Source: an uncultured Candidatus Saccharibacteria bacterium (GTDB lineage: Bacteria > Patescibacteriota > Minisyncoccia > UBA6257 > 1-14-0-10-40-38). From it: a DNA stretch of 64,000 nucleotides. The first letter of the stretch is position 1, and every line of letters starts with the position of its first letter. The notes under the pieces are model-generated. The model was not told where the DNA came from. It searched no databases and was given only the letters and a program-made list of their open reading frames with translations. The stretch is taken from assembly GCA_964543265.1 (NCBI GenBank), contig CAZIWN010000002.1, forward strand, positions 29,554-93,553, given 5' to 3'. Below are positions 18,901 through 26,206 of this stretch, piece after piece. Made by a program: the position numbers and the translations under genes.

Positions 18901-20198
18901 AAAATACAGAATCTGCAACCCTAACCATATCTCCAGACTCATCATACTCCATCGGTTCACCAAATAGCGCCTCCGTAGATATTCTCGATGATGATAGTGC
19001 TCCTCCACCAACCCCAATAGTCAGCATCGCAGCTAACGACCCAACAGCCTCTGAATTAGGACTAGATAATGGAATAATAACCATCTCCAGAAATGGCTCA
19101 ACAATATCCCCTCTCACAGTATCTTTCATAATCTCAGGAGACGCTATAAATGGCACAGACTATAATCAAATATTTTCATCAGCCACAATAGGAAGCGGTC
19201 TCTCTTCTGTTTCTATAAATCTAACACCGATCAACGATACAATTATAGAAAATACAGAGACCATAACATTAACAATAGCCTCCGATCCAAACTACGTAAT
19301 AGACACTCAAAACACCGCCACGGTCAACATTCTAGATGACGACAACACCCAGCCAAATCCCCCACCACCACCAACAAATCCGACAAACACCCAGCAGGCA
19401 CCTTCCAACTTCTCTGGATTAGCTCTTTCACCAAGTAAAATATATCTTAGCTGGAATTTGGTTTCTGGAGCTTCTGGAATAGAATTGTCTGAAAGTTCAG
19501 ATAATATTACCTTTGGTAAAATATATAATTTACCAGGAAATTATTACTACTATAAATTAGACGTAGTACCCGGAAGTACTCATTACTACAGAGTTAGAAG
19601 CTATGATAGTTCAGGAAGCTACTCGAGCTATTCAAACTCAACCCAGGTTTCAACCTCAAATTCAACGTCGCAGTTTACTAAGCTTCTTTATCAAGGAGTT
19701 AGCGACAAAGAAGTTTCCATACTTCAAGAGTGTCTAAAAACAGATTCTACTATTTATCCAACCGGTAAAATAACTGGCTACTTTGGACCATTAACCGAAA
19801 CTGCTGTTAGAAACTTCCAAAATAAATATGGAATAAATTCGATAGGTATAGTTGGACCACTCACAAGAGCTAAACTCAACACCGTATGCTCCCCATCATC
19901 TACAAGCTATCAATCACCAGCCGCCACAGCTCTAAAAATATCTGTAAATTTCAATCTAAGTTTTGACACGATTCTTGGTCTTGGAAGTTCAGGTGATCAA
20001 GTCTCTCTTCTTCAGGCTGTTTTAGCCAAAAATCCTAGTCTTTATCCTTCAGGAATCATTTCTGGCTACTTTGGACCATTAACCGAAACTGCTGTTAAAA
20101 ACTTCCAAAATAAATACGGAATAGAGCCGCTGGGAACGGTTGGCACAAAAACAATAATAAAACTAAACGAAATAAAGTCAGCAGGAATTAATCCATAA
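15978..20198 (+). CDS. giant cell-surface protein: N-terminal membrane anchor, right-handed beta-helix-like domain, 5 Calx-beta repeats, FN3-like domain, 2 peptidoglycan-binding (PG_binding_1) domains
   Basis: 1406 aa. Calx-beta units read TV(T/S)xSxTDxxASExxxDxGxxxISRTGSTxxxLxVxxxxSGTATNGxDYxxIxSPxTIPxGxSSxxxxxxPxxDxxxExxETAxxTxxS...IGSPxxxxVxIxDxD, five times. A Pro-rich linker PPPPTNPTN follows. C-terminal duplicated LxQGVSDKEVSILQECL...ITGYFGPLTETAVRNFQNKYGI is a PG-binding-1-like motif. Confidence 0.8.
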   Translation: MILQPHKHAFRSILLTIFMASFALFLFVNFRNTPENTALGVSCPAGIAGQMDLCPSTRIPHQGDTVQFTVNTRQAQSGISVTIYIGGRPGSDGYITNPQIFTTGSTNSSGNFDFSYTVPSGDAWNTFHYFRAEATVGGSLLKSNQVALTVIPKTTDADWILTPTTYCQVQTGGNCTPINNSYPLDKVYPLAATGDVILLEDGQYNHAEFKRSCHSQTGPMIWVMARNINGPVFNPNPVGSSDTISFNQKSCWTTLVGLKIMGDDRAGVHFVTSTNNGPYLNDQFLEVTIDGGWDYYNNSGTTAKWGFQSYGLQGFRYVGGEVKNVGDMSVGEHAFYMHNPDTDATGNAIELRDVNSSNVGRTYVQIVNRPDDCSYANPCPPGSGIVTIEHAVIKNTGLEGNCTGGSSLTFGGRNDYNIIVSNTYVESGLDTGLSCKGTGEFVTWDGNNVPAENNGPTTVRNSYFIMAPNQGNKPLSEIGTVDSITIEKSTFISGKTYSMNAKKSAVTKCFDRDSNITGNPEKRVTVDGVDYANYQAMLDALGDCGSSGGNPTVTLSATDANASETAGDPGTYTISRTGSTANSLSVKFSVSGTATNGTDYNQINSPVTIPAGASSVTVQLSPIDDTSAESSETAILTLNSDPLYIIGSPSSGTVTIADNDSGGGLPTVTVSTTDANASETAGDTGTIKIIRTGSTASSLTVYFSISGTATNGSDYSSISSPITIPSGTSTVAIQISPIDDTSIESSETAIITITSNASYTIGSPSSGTVTITDNDSSSTPTVSLTTTDSSASEAGLDPGSFTLSRTGATTNPLTVSVSISGTATNGTDYNQIISPITIPAGLSSTNINITPVDDISVENTETAVITINSDPSYIIGSPNTGTVNILDNDGVPPPPLPTISVIANDPTSSEPGSDTGSFTVSRTGSTTNSLTIIFTMSGTATNGSDYQQINSPVTIPVGFSSVFVNLTPLNDSSIENTESATLTISPDSSYSIGSPNSASVDILDDDSAPPPTPIVSIAANDPTASELGLDNGIITISRNGSTISPLTVSFIISGDAINGTDYNQIFSSATIGSGLSSVSINLTPINDTIIENTETITLTIASDPNYVIDTQNTATVNILDDDNTQPNPPPPPTNPTNTQQAPSNFSGLALSPSKIYLSWNLVSGASGIELSESSDNITFGKIYNLPGNYYYYKLDVVPGSTHYYRVRSYDSSGSYSSYSNSTQVSTSNSTSQFTKLLYQGVSDKEVSILQECLKTDSTIYPTGKITGYFGPLTETAVRNFQNKYGINSIGIVGPLTRAKLNTVCSPSSTSYQSPAATALKISVNFNLSFDTILGLGSSGDQVSLLQAVLAKNPSLYPSGIISGYFGPLTETAVKNFQNKYGIEPLGTVGTKTIIKLNEIKSAGINP
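17627..19350 (+). repeat. five tandem ~345-bp intragenic repeats encoding the Calx-beta modules
   Basis: Unit starts recur at ~17627, 17972, 18315, 18666 and 19014 (ccaacagtaac / ccaactgtaac / ccaacagtaag / ccaacaataag / ccaatagtcag). Units are related but diverged, so they are not recent duplicates. Confidence 0.8.
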
Positions 20199-20207
20199 TT
20201 AAAACAA

Positions 20208-20783
20208 ATGTCATATAATCCAAAAAAATACGAATCACTTTTAGGACTTCAGGGATTCAGCGATGCCCTATTGAAAAATCACTTCACTCTTTATGAAGGT
20301 TACGTAAAAAACGTTAATTTAATAATGAAAGAGTTAGAAGCCATGGTTAAAGAAAATAAAACGGGAACTCCAGCGCATTCTGAAATACAGCGCCGTTTTG
20401 GTTGGGAATGGAACGGTATGCGACTTCACGAACTCTATTTTGAAAACATGACCAAATCCCCATCCCCTCTTGGCGCTGGGCAATTAAAAAATTTGATAGA
20501 AAAAATTTATGGCAAATTAGAAAATTGGGAGAAAGATTTCAGAGCCTTAGCCTCAATGAGAGGAATTGGTTGGGTTATTCTTTATCATGACCCATCTGAT
20601 AATCAACTTTTTAATGTTTGGGTTAATGAACATGACATGGGTCACCTTGCAGGACTAAAACCATTATTAGTTTTGGATGTTTTTGAACATGCCTACACTC
20701 TAGACTATGGCATCAAGAAAGCTGATTATCTTGAAACTTTTATGAAATCCATTGATTGGAATGCTGTAGAAAAAAGAATTTAA
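20208..20783 (+). CDS. Fe/Mn superoxide dismutase family protein (divergent)
   Basis: 191 aa. The C-terminal DVFEHAYTLDYGIKKADYLETFMKSIDWNAV matches the SOD D-x-W-E-H-AYYLDY...W..V(N)W metal-ligand region. N-terminal ...HFTLYEGYVKNVN aligns to HHxKHHxxYVNNxN with substitutions. Confidence 0.7.
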   Translation: MSYNPKKYESLLGLQGFSDALLKNHFTLYEGYVKNVNLIMKELEAMVKENKTGTPAHSEIQRRFGWEWNGMRLHELYFENMTKSPSPLGAGQLKNLIEKIYGKLENWEKDFRALASMRGIGWVILYHDPSDNQLFNVWVNEHDMGHLAGLKPLLVLDVFEHAYTLDYGIKKADYLETFMKSIDWNAVEKRI

Positions 20784-20787
20784 ATAA

Positions 20788-20826
20788 AAATCCCCTGGCG
20801 AAAACCAAGGGGTTTTTTATTTTTCA
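20788..20826. terminator. bidirectional rho-independent terminator shared by sod (+) and the PAP2 gene (-)
   Basis: aaaaaTCCCCTGGcgaaaaCCAAGGGGttttttatttt. The PAP2 stop codon lies in the T-run. Confidence 0.75.
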
Positions 20827-21395
20827 AGAACAACCTGACCAGAAAAACTATCCCTAAGTCTAGATTCTTTTATTTGCTTTCTAAATACAAGCCAGGAAAT
20901 AAGATATGCTATAGCTCCAAAAGCAAATCCAGCAATAATATCTGATAAGAAATGAACGCCAACAAAAATTCTCGCCAAGCCAATCAAAATTGCCGAAAAT
21001 ATATATATCCACCCTCTTTTCTTAGAAAAATGAAATACGGAGAGTGCTAAGGCAAAATAAAAAGTTGCATGTCCTGATGGAAAACTAGAAAGATCTGATA
21101 ATTTTATTAAAGGATCAAAACCAAAAACCAACGGAGGTCTTAGTCTAAAATAAAAAAGGTTAAATAATTCAGTAATAAATCCCCTAGCTATAACACAAGA
21201 AAAAGCAGCCACAGCAAACTCAAAAAAATTAAGTTTCCAATTTCTTTTCGAAAAGAATATAAATGTAAAAAAATAGACTAACAAAAAATATGGTAGATAT
21301 TGAGCAATAAAAACTCCTAAAAAATCTAACACCACACTCTTCCCAGCGAAATCATGAATAAACTCAAATATCTTATAATCGTAAGTTAAGAACAT
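20817..21395 (-). CDS. PAP2-family membrane phosphatase (undecaprenyl-diphosphatase/BcrC-like)
   Basis: 192 aa polytopic. The PAP2 motifs are present as RLRPP, PSGHA and VGVHFLSDIIAG (the SRxxxxxHxxxD equivalent). Confidence 0.7.
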   Translation of the reverse strand: MFLTYDYKIFEFIHDFAGKSVVLDFLGVFIAQYLPYFLLVYFFTFIFFSKRNWKLNFFEFAVAAFSCVIARGFITELFNLFYFRLRPPLVFGFDPLIKLSDLSSFPSGHATFYFALALSVFHFSKKRGWIYIFSAILIGLARIFVGVHFLSDIIAGFAFGAIAYLISWLVFRKQIKESRLRDSFSGQVVLEK

Positions 21396-21426
21396 ATAAA
21401 AAGTATATCCAAAACAACCTCTTTAA

Positions 21427-21458
21427 TCAAAAAAATAGAGGATTTAATCCTCTATTTT
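21427..21458 (-). terminator. rho-independent terminator of the rpsF-ssb-rpsR operon
   Basis: aaaaaAATAGAGGatttaaTCCTCTATTtttta, immediately after the rpsR stop on the minus strand. Confidence 0.7.
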
Positions 21459-21464
21459 TAATCT

Positions 21465-21665
21465 TTATCTTCTAACAAATGGAATTAATCCCAAAAACCT
21501 AGATCTCTTTATGGCCGTTGCTAAAGCTCTTTGATGCTTTGCGCAGGTTCCAGTAAATTTAGGTTTTACTATTTTGGCTTGAGAAGAAATAAATCTCCTC
21601 AACAATTCAGCATCCTTATAGTCAATTTCTCTCAAATTCTGGGAACAAAAATAGCACTGTGTCAT
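21465..21665 (-). CDS. rpsR: 30S ribosomal protein S18
   Basis: 66 aa; IDYKDAELLRRFISSQAKIVKPKFTGTCAKHQRALATAIKRSRFLGLIPF is canonical S18. Confidence 0.9.
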   Translation of the reverse strand: MTQCYFCSQNLREIDYKDAELLRRFISSQAKIVKPKFTGTCAKHQRALATAIKRSRFLGLIPFVRR

Positions 21666-21669
21666 ATTT

Positions 21670-22128
21670 TTAAAATGGCAAATCTTCTGCCTTAATTTCT
21701 TCTTCGACCTCTATTGTTGGAATTTCTTCCTTTGCAGAATCAGCTCCTCTGCTGAACTCAAAGTTTTCCGATTTTCCAGAAGCTCCTCCCTGATTACCCA
21801 TAGATCTTGGTCCTAACTGAATAGCTTCAGCTATTATTTCTGTTGTTTTTCTTTTCTGACCCTGCTTATCCTCCCACGCACGAGTCTGCAGTCTTCCCTC
21901 TATTAAAGCCAAACTACCTTTAGCTAAAAATTTAGAAGCCACCTCTGCTTGCCTACCCCAAACTATCACATTATGAAATTCAACTTGTTCTTGTTTGGCT
22001 CCAGCTTTATCCTTCCAAACCCTATTTGTTGCCAATGAAAAACTGGCCACCTGTGCACCCGACGTTGTAGATCTAAGCTGTGGATCTGAAGTTAACCTTC
22101 CCAAAACAAAAACCTTATTAAGATTCAT
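21670..22128 (-). CDS. ssb: single-stranded DNA-binding protein
   Basis: OB fold MNLNKVFVLGRLTSDPQLR...FHNVIVWGRQAE..., Gly/Gln-rich tail and the acidic C-terminal EEEIKAEDLPF tip. Confidence 0.9.
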   Translation of the reverse strand: MNLNKVFVLGRLTSDPQLRSTTSGAQVASFSLATNRVWKDKAGAKQEQVEFHNVIVWGRQAEVASKFLAKGSLALIEGRLQTRAWEDKQGQKRKTTEIIAEAIQLGPRSMGNQGGASGKSENFEFSRGADSAKEEIPTIEVEEEIKAEDLPF

Positions 22129-22135
22129 CTGATGA

Positions 22136-22555
22136 TTAATTTAAAATTTCCTTTATTTTTTCTTCAATAACCTCATTGGAAGAAGTATTGGCACCCTCCT
22201 TATCTTTACTCAAAAACCTCTCTTGCCTTGTCTTAATTTCAATTGGAGGAGTAACCACTAATGATCTTAATATGTTCGTATTGAACTTAAGAGCTTCATT
22301 TATCTTAATAATCATCTCTGGTTTTCCAACAAAATAAACAAATCCAAAACTAGCAGAATTCTTTTTATTAATTGGATAAGCAAGTCTGATAACATTCACC
22401 GGACTTTCAAAATAGACACTAGCTCCAAAAGACGAAAGTATCTGCTTAACATCACTTAATCCGTTTTCGTTAACAGAAATGAAACTAAGCTCATATTTCT
22501 TATGCCCTTCTTCAACCTCTGGAACGTTTAATTTGTTTAATACTGTTTCACTCAT
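22136..22555 (-). CDS. rpsF: 30S ribosomal protein S6
   Basis: Contains the RLAYPINK motif and sits in the S6-SSB-S18 operon. Confidence 0.8.
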   Translation of the reverse strand: MSETVLNKLNVPEVEEGHKKYELSFISVNENGLSDVKQILSSFGASVYFESPVNVIRLAYPINKKNSASFGFVYFVGKPEMIIKINEALKFNTNILRSLVVTPPIEIKTRQERFLSKDKEGANTSSNEVIEEKIKEILN

Positions 22556-22598
22556 TTGTTTAAAAACTAATTTAAAATCGCAATTTTGTCAATAATAA

Positions 22599-25500
22599 CT
22601 AGGAAATTGACTCTTCCTTTTGCCCGACCATTCCATCCAATTCTAAGGCCTCCAAGCCATCAGAATCTCTTTCTCTGTAGCCAGTTCCTGCAGGAATAAG
22701 TCTTCCTATAATGACGTTTTCCTTCAATCCACGCAAAGTATCGTGTCTTCCCTCTAGGGCAGCGCCAGTTAAAGCCTTAACCGTCTCCTGGAAAGAAGCT
22801 GCTGAAAGGAAACTTTGAGCAGAAGAAGCAACCTTAGTTACACCCATCAAAAGCTGCTTAGCTTTAGCTGGAACCTTGCCGTCTCTTCTTAATTTTCTAT
22901 TATTTTCTAAGAAGATTGCCTTCTCCACCATCTCACCGGAAACAAATGCGCTATCTCCCGGATCAGAAACCCTAACCCTAGAAAACATCTGCCTAGCTAT
23001 AACTTCAAGGTGCTTATTGCTAATTTGAGCTCCTTCGTTCATGTAAATCTTTTGGACTTCTGAGATAATATATTTTTCCGCCTCTCTTACTCCCTTAATC
23101 TTAAATATTTCCCTTAGATCTAATGAACCTTCAGAAATATAATCCCCCTTTCTTACAGCATCACCAACCTTAAATAAGGTCTGAGAAATTCTAGGTATTG
23201 GATATTCGACAACCTTCTCATCGTTCTTATCTCCAGTCTTTATTTTAATTATTTTCAAAGAGCCCCTCTCTTCAATATCAATAACATTACCATCCTCTTC
23301 AGCTATGAAGCCCTTTCCTTTTGGAGTTCTAGCTTCAAATATTTCTTCTACTCTAGGAAGACCGTGAGTAATATCTGCTCCGGCAACTCCTCCGATATGG
23401 AAAGTTCTCATTGTAAGCTGTGTTCCTGGTTCTCCAATTGATTGAGCAGCAACTATTCCAACCGCCTCTCCAAGTTTAATTGGCTTATTAGTTCCCAAAT
23501 CAAATCCATAACACTTCTGGCAAACTCCATACAAAGTCTTACAAGTTAATGGAGATCTTATAAATACAGAATCTAAACCAGAAGCATCTATTTCTTCTGC
23601 GGTTTTTTCAGTAATATATTCTCCTCCCTCAACTAAAACTTTATTTCCAGATTTAATATCTTCAAGAGCAACCCTAGAAACCAACCTTGATATAAAAGAT
23701 TGCCCGAATTTAAGACCTTCTGATCTAACCACTTCAATTCCGTCCTTAACTCCACAGTCCTCATCTCTAACTATAATATCCTGAGCTACATCAACCAATC
23801 TTCTCGTTAGATATCCTGCCTGAGCCGTTTTTAAAGCAGTATCAGCCAATCCTTTTCTGGCTCCGTGAGTCGCAATAAAATATTCCAAAACATTGAATCC
23901 TTCCTTATATGAAGATCTAATAGGAAGCTCTATGGTTTCATTCTTTGGGTTGGCAACCAAACCTTTCATACCCATCATCTGAGATGGCTGAGCCCAAGAA
24001 CCTCTAGCTCCAGAATCAATAATCATAAAGACCGATCCGTTCTGATCTAATGATTTAGGTATTAATTTCTTTAAAGCGTCTGTGGTCTTTTTCCAAATTT
24101 CTATAGTCCTCTCTTTTCTTTCACTATCAGTTAAAACTCCTTCCAAATAATAACCCCTAACGACAGCCTCCTCTTTTTCTGCTTGTTTCAAAATTTCTGG
24201 CTTTTCTTTTGGAACTATAAGCTCGTTCATTCCCCAAGTTATTCCAGAGATTGTCGCATATTTAAATCCAACATCTTTTATATCATCCAAATGTTTGGCG
24301 GCAATAAGAGGTTCATAACTATTAACTAATTCTGAGCAAATTTTTTCTAACTCTTTCTTGTTAACTAGATAATTTATATATCTGAATCCTTCTGGTAAGG
24401 CAGAATTGAATATCAATCTTCCTAAAGTTGTTTCTAGCTTGCTTCCTTTCAAATAAACTTTAATTTTTGCGTTTATATCTAAGAAACCAGCATCATAAGC
24501 AAGCATAGCTTCCTTATCGGAACTAAATATTTTCCCCTCTCCCACAACCCCAGCCTTCTCCTTTGTTAAGTAATAAGAACCCAAAACAACGTCTTTAGTA
24601 GGAGTCGCAATAGATTGTCCCGTGGCTGGTTTTAATAAATTTAAAGAGGATAACATGAGCTCTCTAGCTTCTTTTTGAGCTTTAGAACTTAATGGAACGT
24701 GAACAGCCATCTGATCTCCATCGAAGTCTGCGTTAAAAGCAGTACAGACTAATGGAGGAATCTGAATAGCCAAACCCTCAACCAAGATTGGTTTAAATGC
24801 CTGGACTCCAAGTCTATGTAAAGTTGGAGCTCTGTTTAAAAGAACCTTTTTATCTTGAATAACTTCTTCTAAGATAGCCCAAATTTCAGGAGTTGCCTGC
24901 TCTATTAATCTATTAGAATTCCTAATATTGTGAGCTAATCCTCTTTCGATAACTTTTTGAATTACAAATGGCTTGAAAAGTTCCAATGCCATCTTCTTAG
25001 GCAAACCACACTCTCCAAGTCTCAAATTTGGACCGACTACAATAACGGAACGACCAGAATAGTCCACTCTTTTTCCTAGTAAGTTTTGCCTAAATCTTCC
25101 CTGCTTTCCCTTCAACATGTCTGCCAATGACCTAAGAGGTCTGCGAAGTGTAGACATCTGCTGGCTTCCCATTTTTTGAGAATTATCAATCAAAGAGTCC
25201 ACTGCCTCCTGCAACATTCTTTTTTCATTAACCACGATAACATCAGGAGCTTTAAGCTCTATCAACTTCTTTAAACGATTATTTCTATTAATAACTCTTC
25301 TATATAAATCATTTAAGTCAGATGTAGCATATCGTCCTCCATCCAACGCAACCATTGGTCTTAAATCTGGTGGCAAAACAGGAAGAACATTCATAATCAT
25401 CCACTCAGGTCTTATATTGTTATTATAAAAAGATCTAGCAATTTTTAATCTCTTTAATAATTTAGCCTCTTTCAAAGGATCTTCAGTATCCTTAATTTCT

Positions 25501-26189
25501 TCCTCAATTTCCGCTATCAACTTCTTTAGGTCTGTTTTAACTAATATGTTTCTTACAGCCTCTGCTCCAGAAGAAGCCTCAAAAACTTCTCCAAATCTTT
25601 TAGCTAAAGAGAAATATTCCAATTCAGTTAATGTTTGTCCGATCTTTAAAGACTCTAAAGTCTTCTTAATCTTACTCATCGCACTCCTTAATTCATCTTC
25701 TTTCTCTTTATCGTCTAGAGACTTCTTTCTTGTTTTAAATTCCTTTTCTAATTCTCCCAAAACCCTCTTTCTAGCTTCCTCATTAACAGCAACAACTATA
25801 TAAATCGCATAGTAAATAACTTTTTCCAATTTAGCTGGAGGAATATTTAACAAGGTTCCTATTTTTGAAGGAACATTTTTAAAATACCAAATATGTGCAA
25901 TAGGAGCAGCAAGAGCAATGTGCCCCATTCTTTCGCGCCTAACGATAGATCTAGTTACCTCAACTCCGCATTTATCACAAACCAAGCCCTTATATCTGGC
26001 TCTTCTATACTTTCCACAATAACATTCCCAATCCTTAGCTGGTCCGAAAATTCTTTCAGAGAAAAGACCGTCTTTTTCGGGACGTTGAGTTCTATAATTA
26101 ATAGTTTCTGGTTTAATTACTTCCCCGTGAGACCACTTAAGTATTTCCTCAGGAGACGCCAACTTAATTTTTATTGCCTTTAAATTCAT
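22599..26189 (-). CDS. rpoC: DNA-directed RNA polymerase subunit beta' (compact, 1196 aa)
   Basis: Zn-finger CYCGKYRRARYKGLVCDKCGVEV, catalytic NADFDGDQMAVHVP, bridge helix and trigger loop regions are recognisable. Confidence 0.95.
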   Translation of the reverse strand: MNLKAIKIKLASPEEILKWSHGEVIKPETINYRTQRPEKDGLFSERIFGPAKDWECYCGKYRRARYKGLVCDKCGVEVTRSIVRRERMGHIALAAPIAHIWYFKNVPSKIGTLLNIPPAKLEKVIYYAIYIVVAVNEEARKRVLGELEKEFKTRKKSLDDKEKEDELRSAMSKIKKTLESLKIGQTLTELEYFSLAKRFGEVFEASSGAEAVRNILVKTDLKKLIAEIEEEIKDTEDPLKEAKLLKRLKIARSFYNNNIRPEWMIMNVLPVLPPDLRPMVALDGGRYATSDLNDLYRRVINRNNRLKKLIELKAPDVIVVNEKRMLQEAVDSLIDNSQKMGSQQMSTLRRPLRSLADMLKGKQGRFRQNLLGKRVDYSGRSVIVVGPNLRLGECGLPKKMALELFKPFVIQKVIERGLAHNIRNSNRLIEQATPEIWAILEEVIQDKKVLLNRAPTLHRLGVQAFKPILVEGLAIQIPPLVCTAFNADFDGDQMAVHVPLSSKAQKEARELMLSSLNLLKPATGQSIATPTKDVVLGSYYLTKEKAGVVGEGKIFSSDKEAMLAYDAGFLDINAKIKVYLKGSKLETTLGRLIFNSALPEGFRYINYLVNKKELEKICSELVNSYEPLIAAKHLDDIKDVGFKYATISGITWGMNELIVPKEKPEILKQAEKEEAVVRGYYLEGVLTDSERKERTIEIWKKTTDALKKLIPKSLDQNGSVFMIIDSGARGSWAQPSQMMGMKGLVANPKNETIELPIRSSYKEGFNVLEYFIATHGARKGLADTALKTAQAGYLTRRLVDVAQDIIVRDEDCGVKDGIEVVRSEGLKFGQSFISRLVSRVALEDIKSGNKVLVEGGEYITEKTAEEIDASGLDSVFIRSPLTCKTLYGVCQKCYGFDLGTNKPIKLGEAVGIVAAQSIGEPGTQLTMRTFHIGGVAGADITHGLPRVEEIFEARTPKGKGFIAEEDGNVIDIEERGSLKIIKIKTGDKNDEKVVEYPIPRISQTLFKVGDAVRKGDYISEGSLDLREIFKIKGVREAEKYIISEVQKIYMNEGAQISNKHLEVIARQMFSRVRVSDPGDSAFVSGEMVEKAIFLENNRKLRRDGKVPAKAKQLLMGVTKVASSAQSFLSAASFQETVKALTGAALEGRHDTLRGLKENVIIGRLIPAGTGYRERDSDGLEALELDGMVGQKEESIS

Positions 26190-26206
26190 GTTTTTATATT
26201 TTATTT

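Noticed and set aside
12930-21400. Integrated mobile element at tRNA-Pro carrying the coupling-protein gene
   Set aside because: There is no integrase, excisionase, relaxase or obvious direct repeat of the tRNA 3' end within the window. Downstream genes (sod, PAP2 phosphatase, ribosomal operon) look like core genes. It is kept only as a low-probability alternative in the findings.
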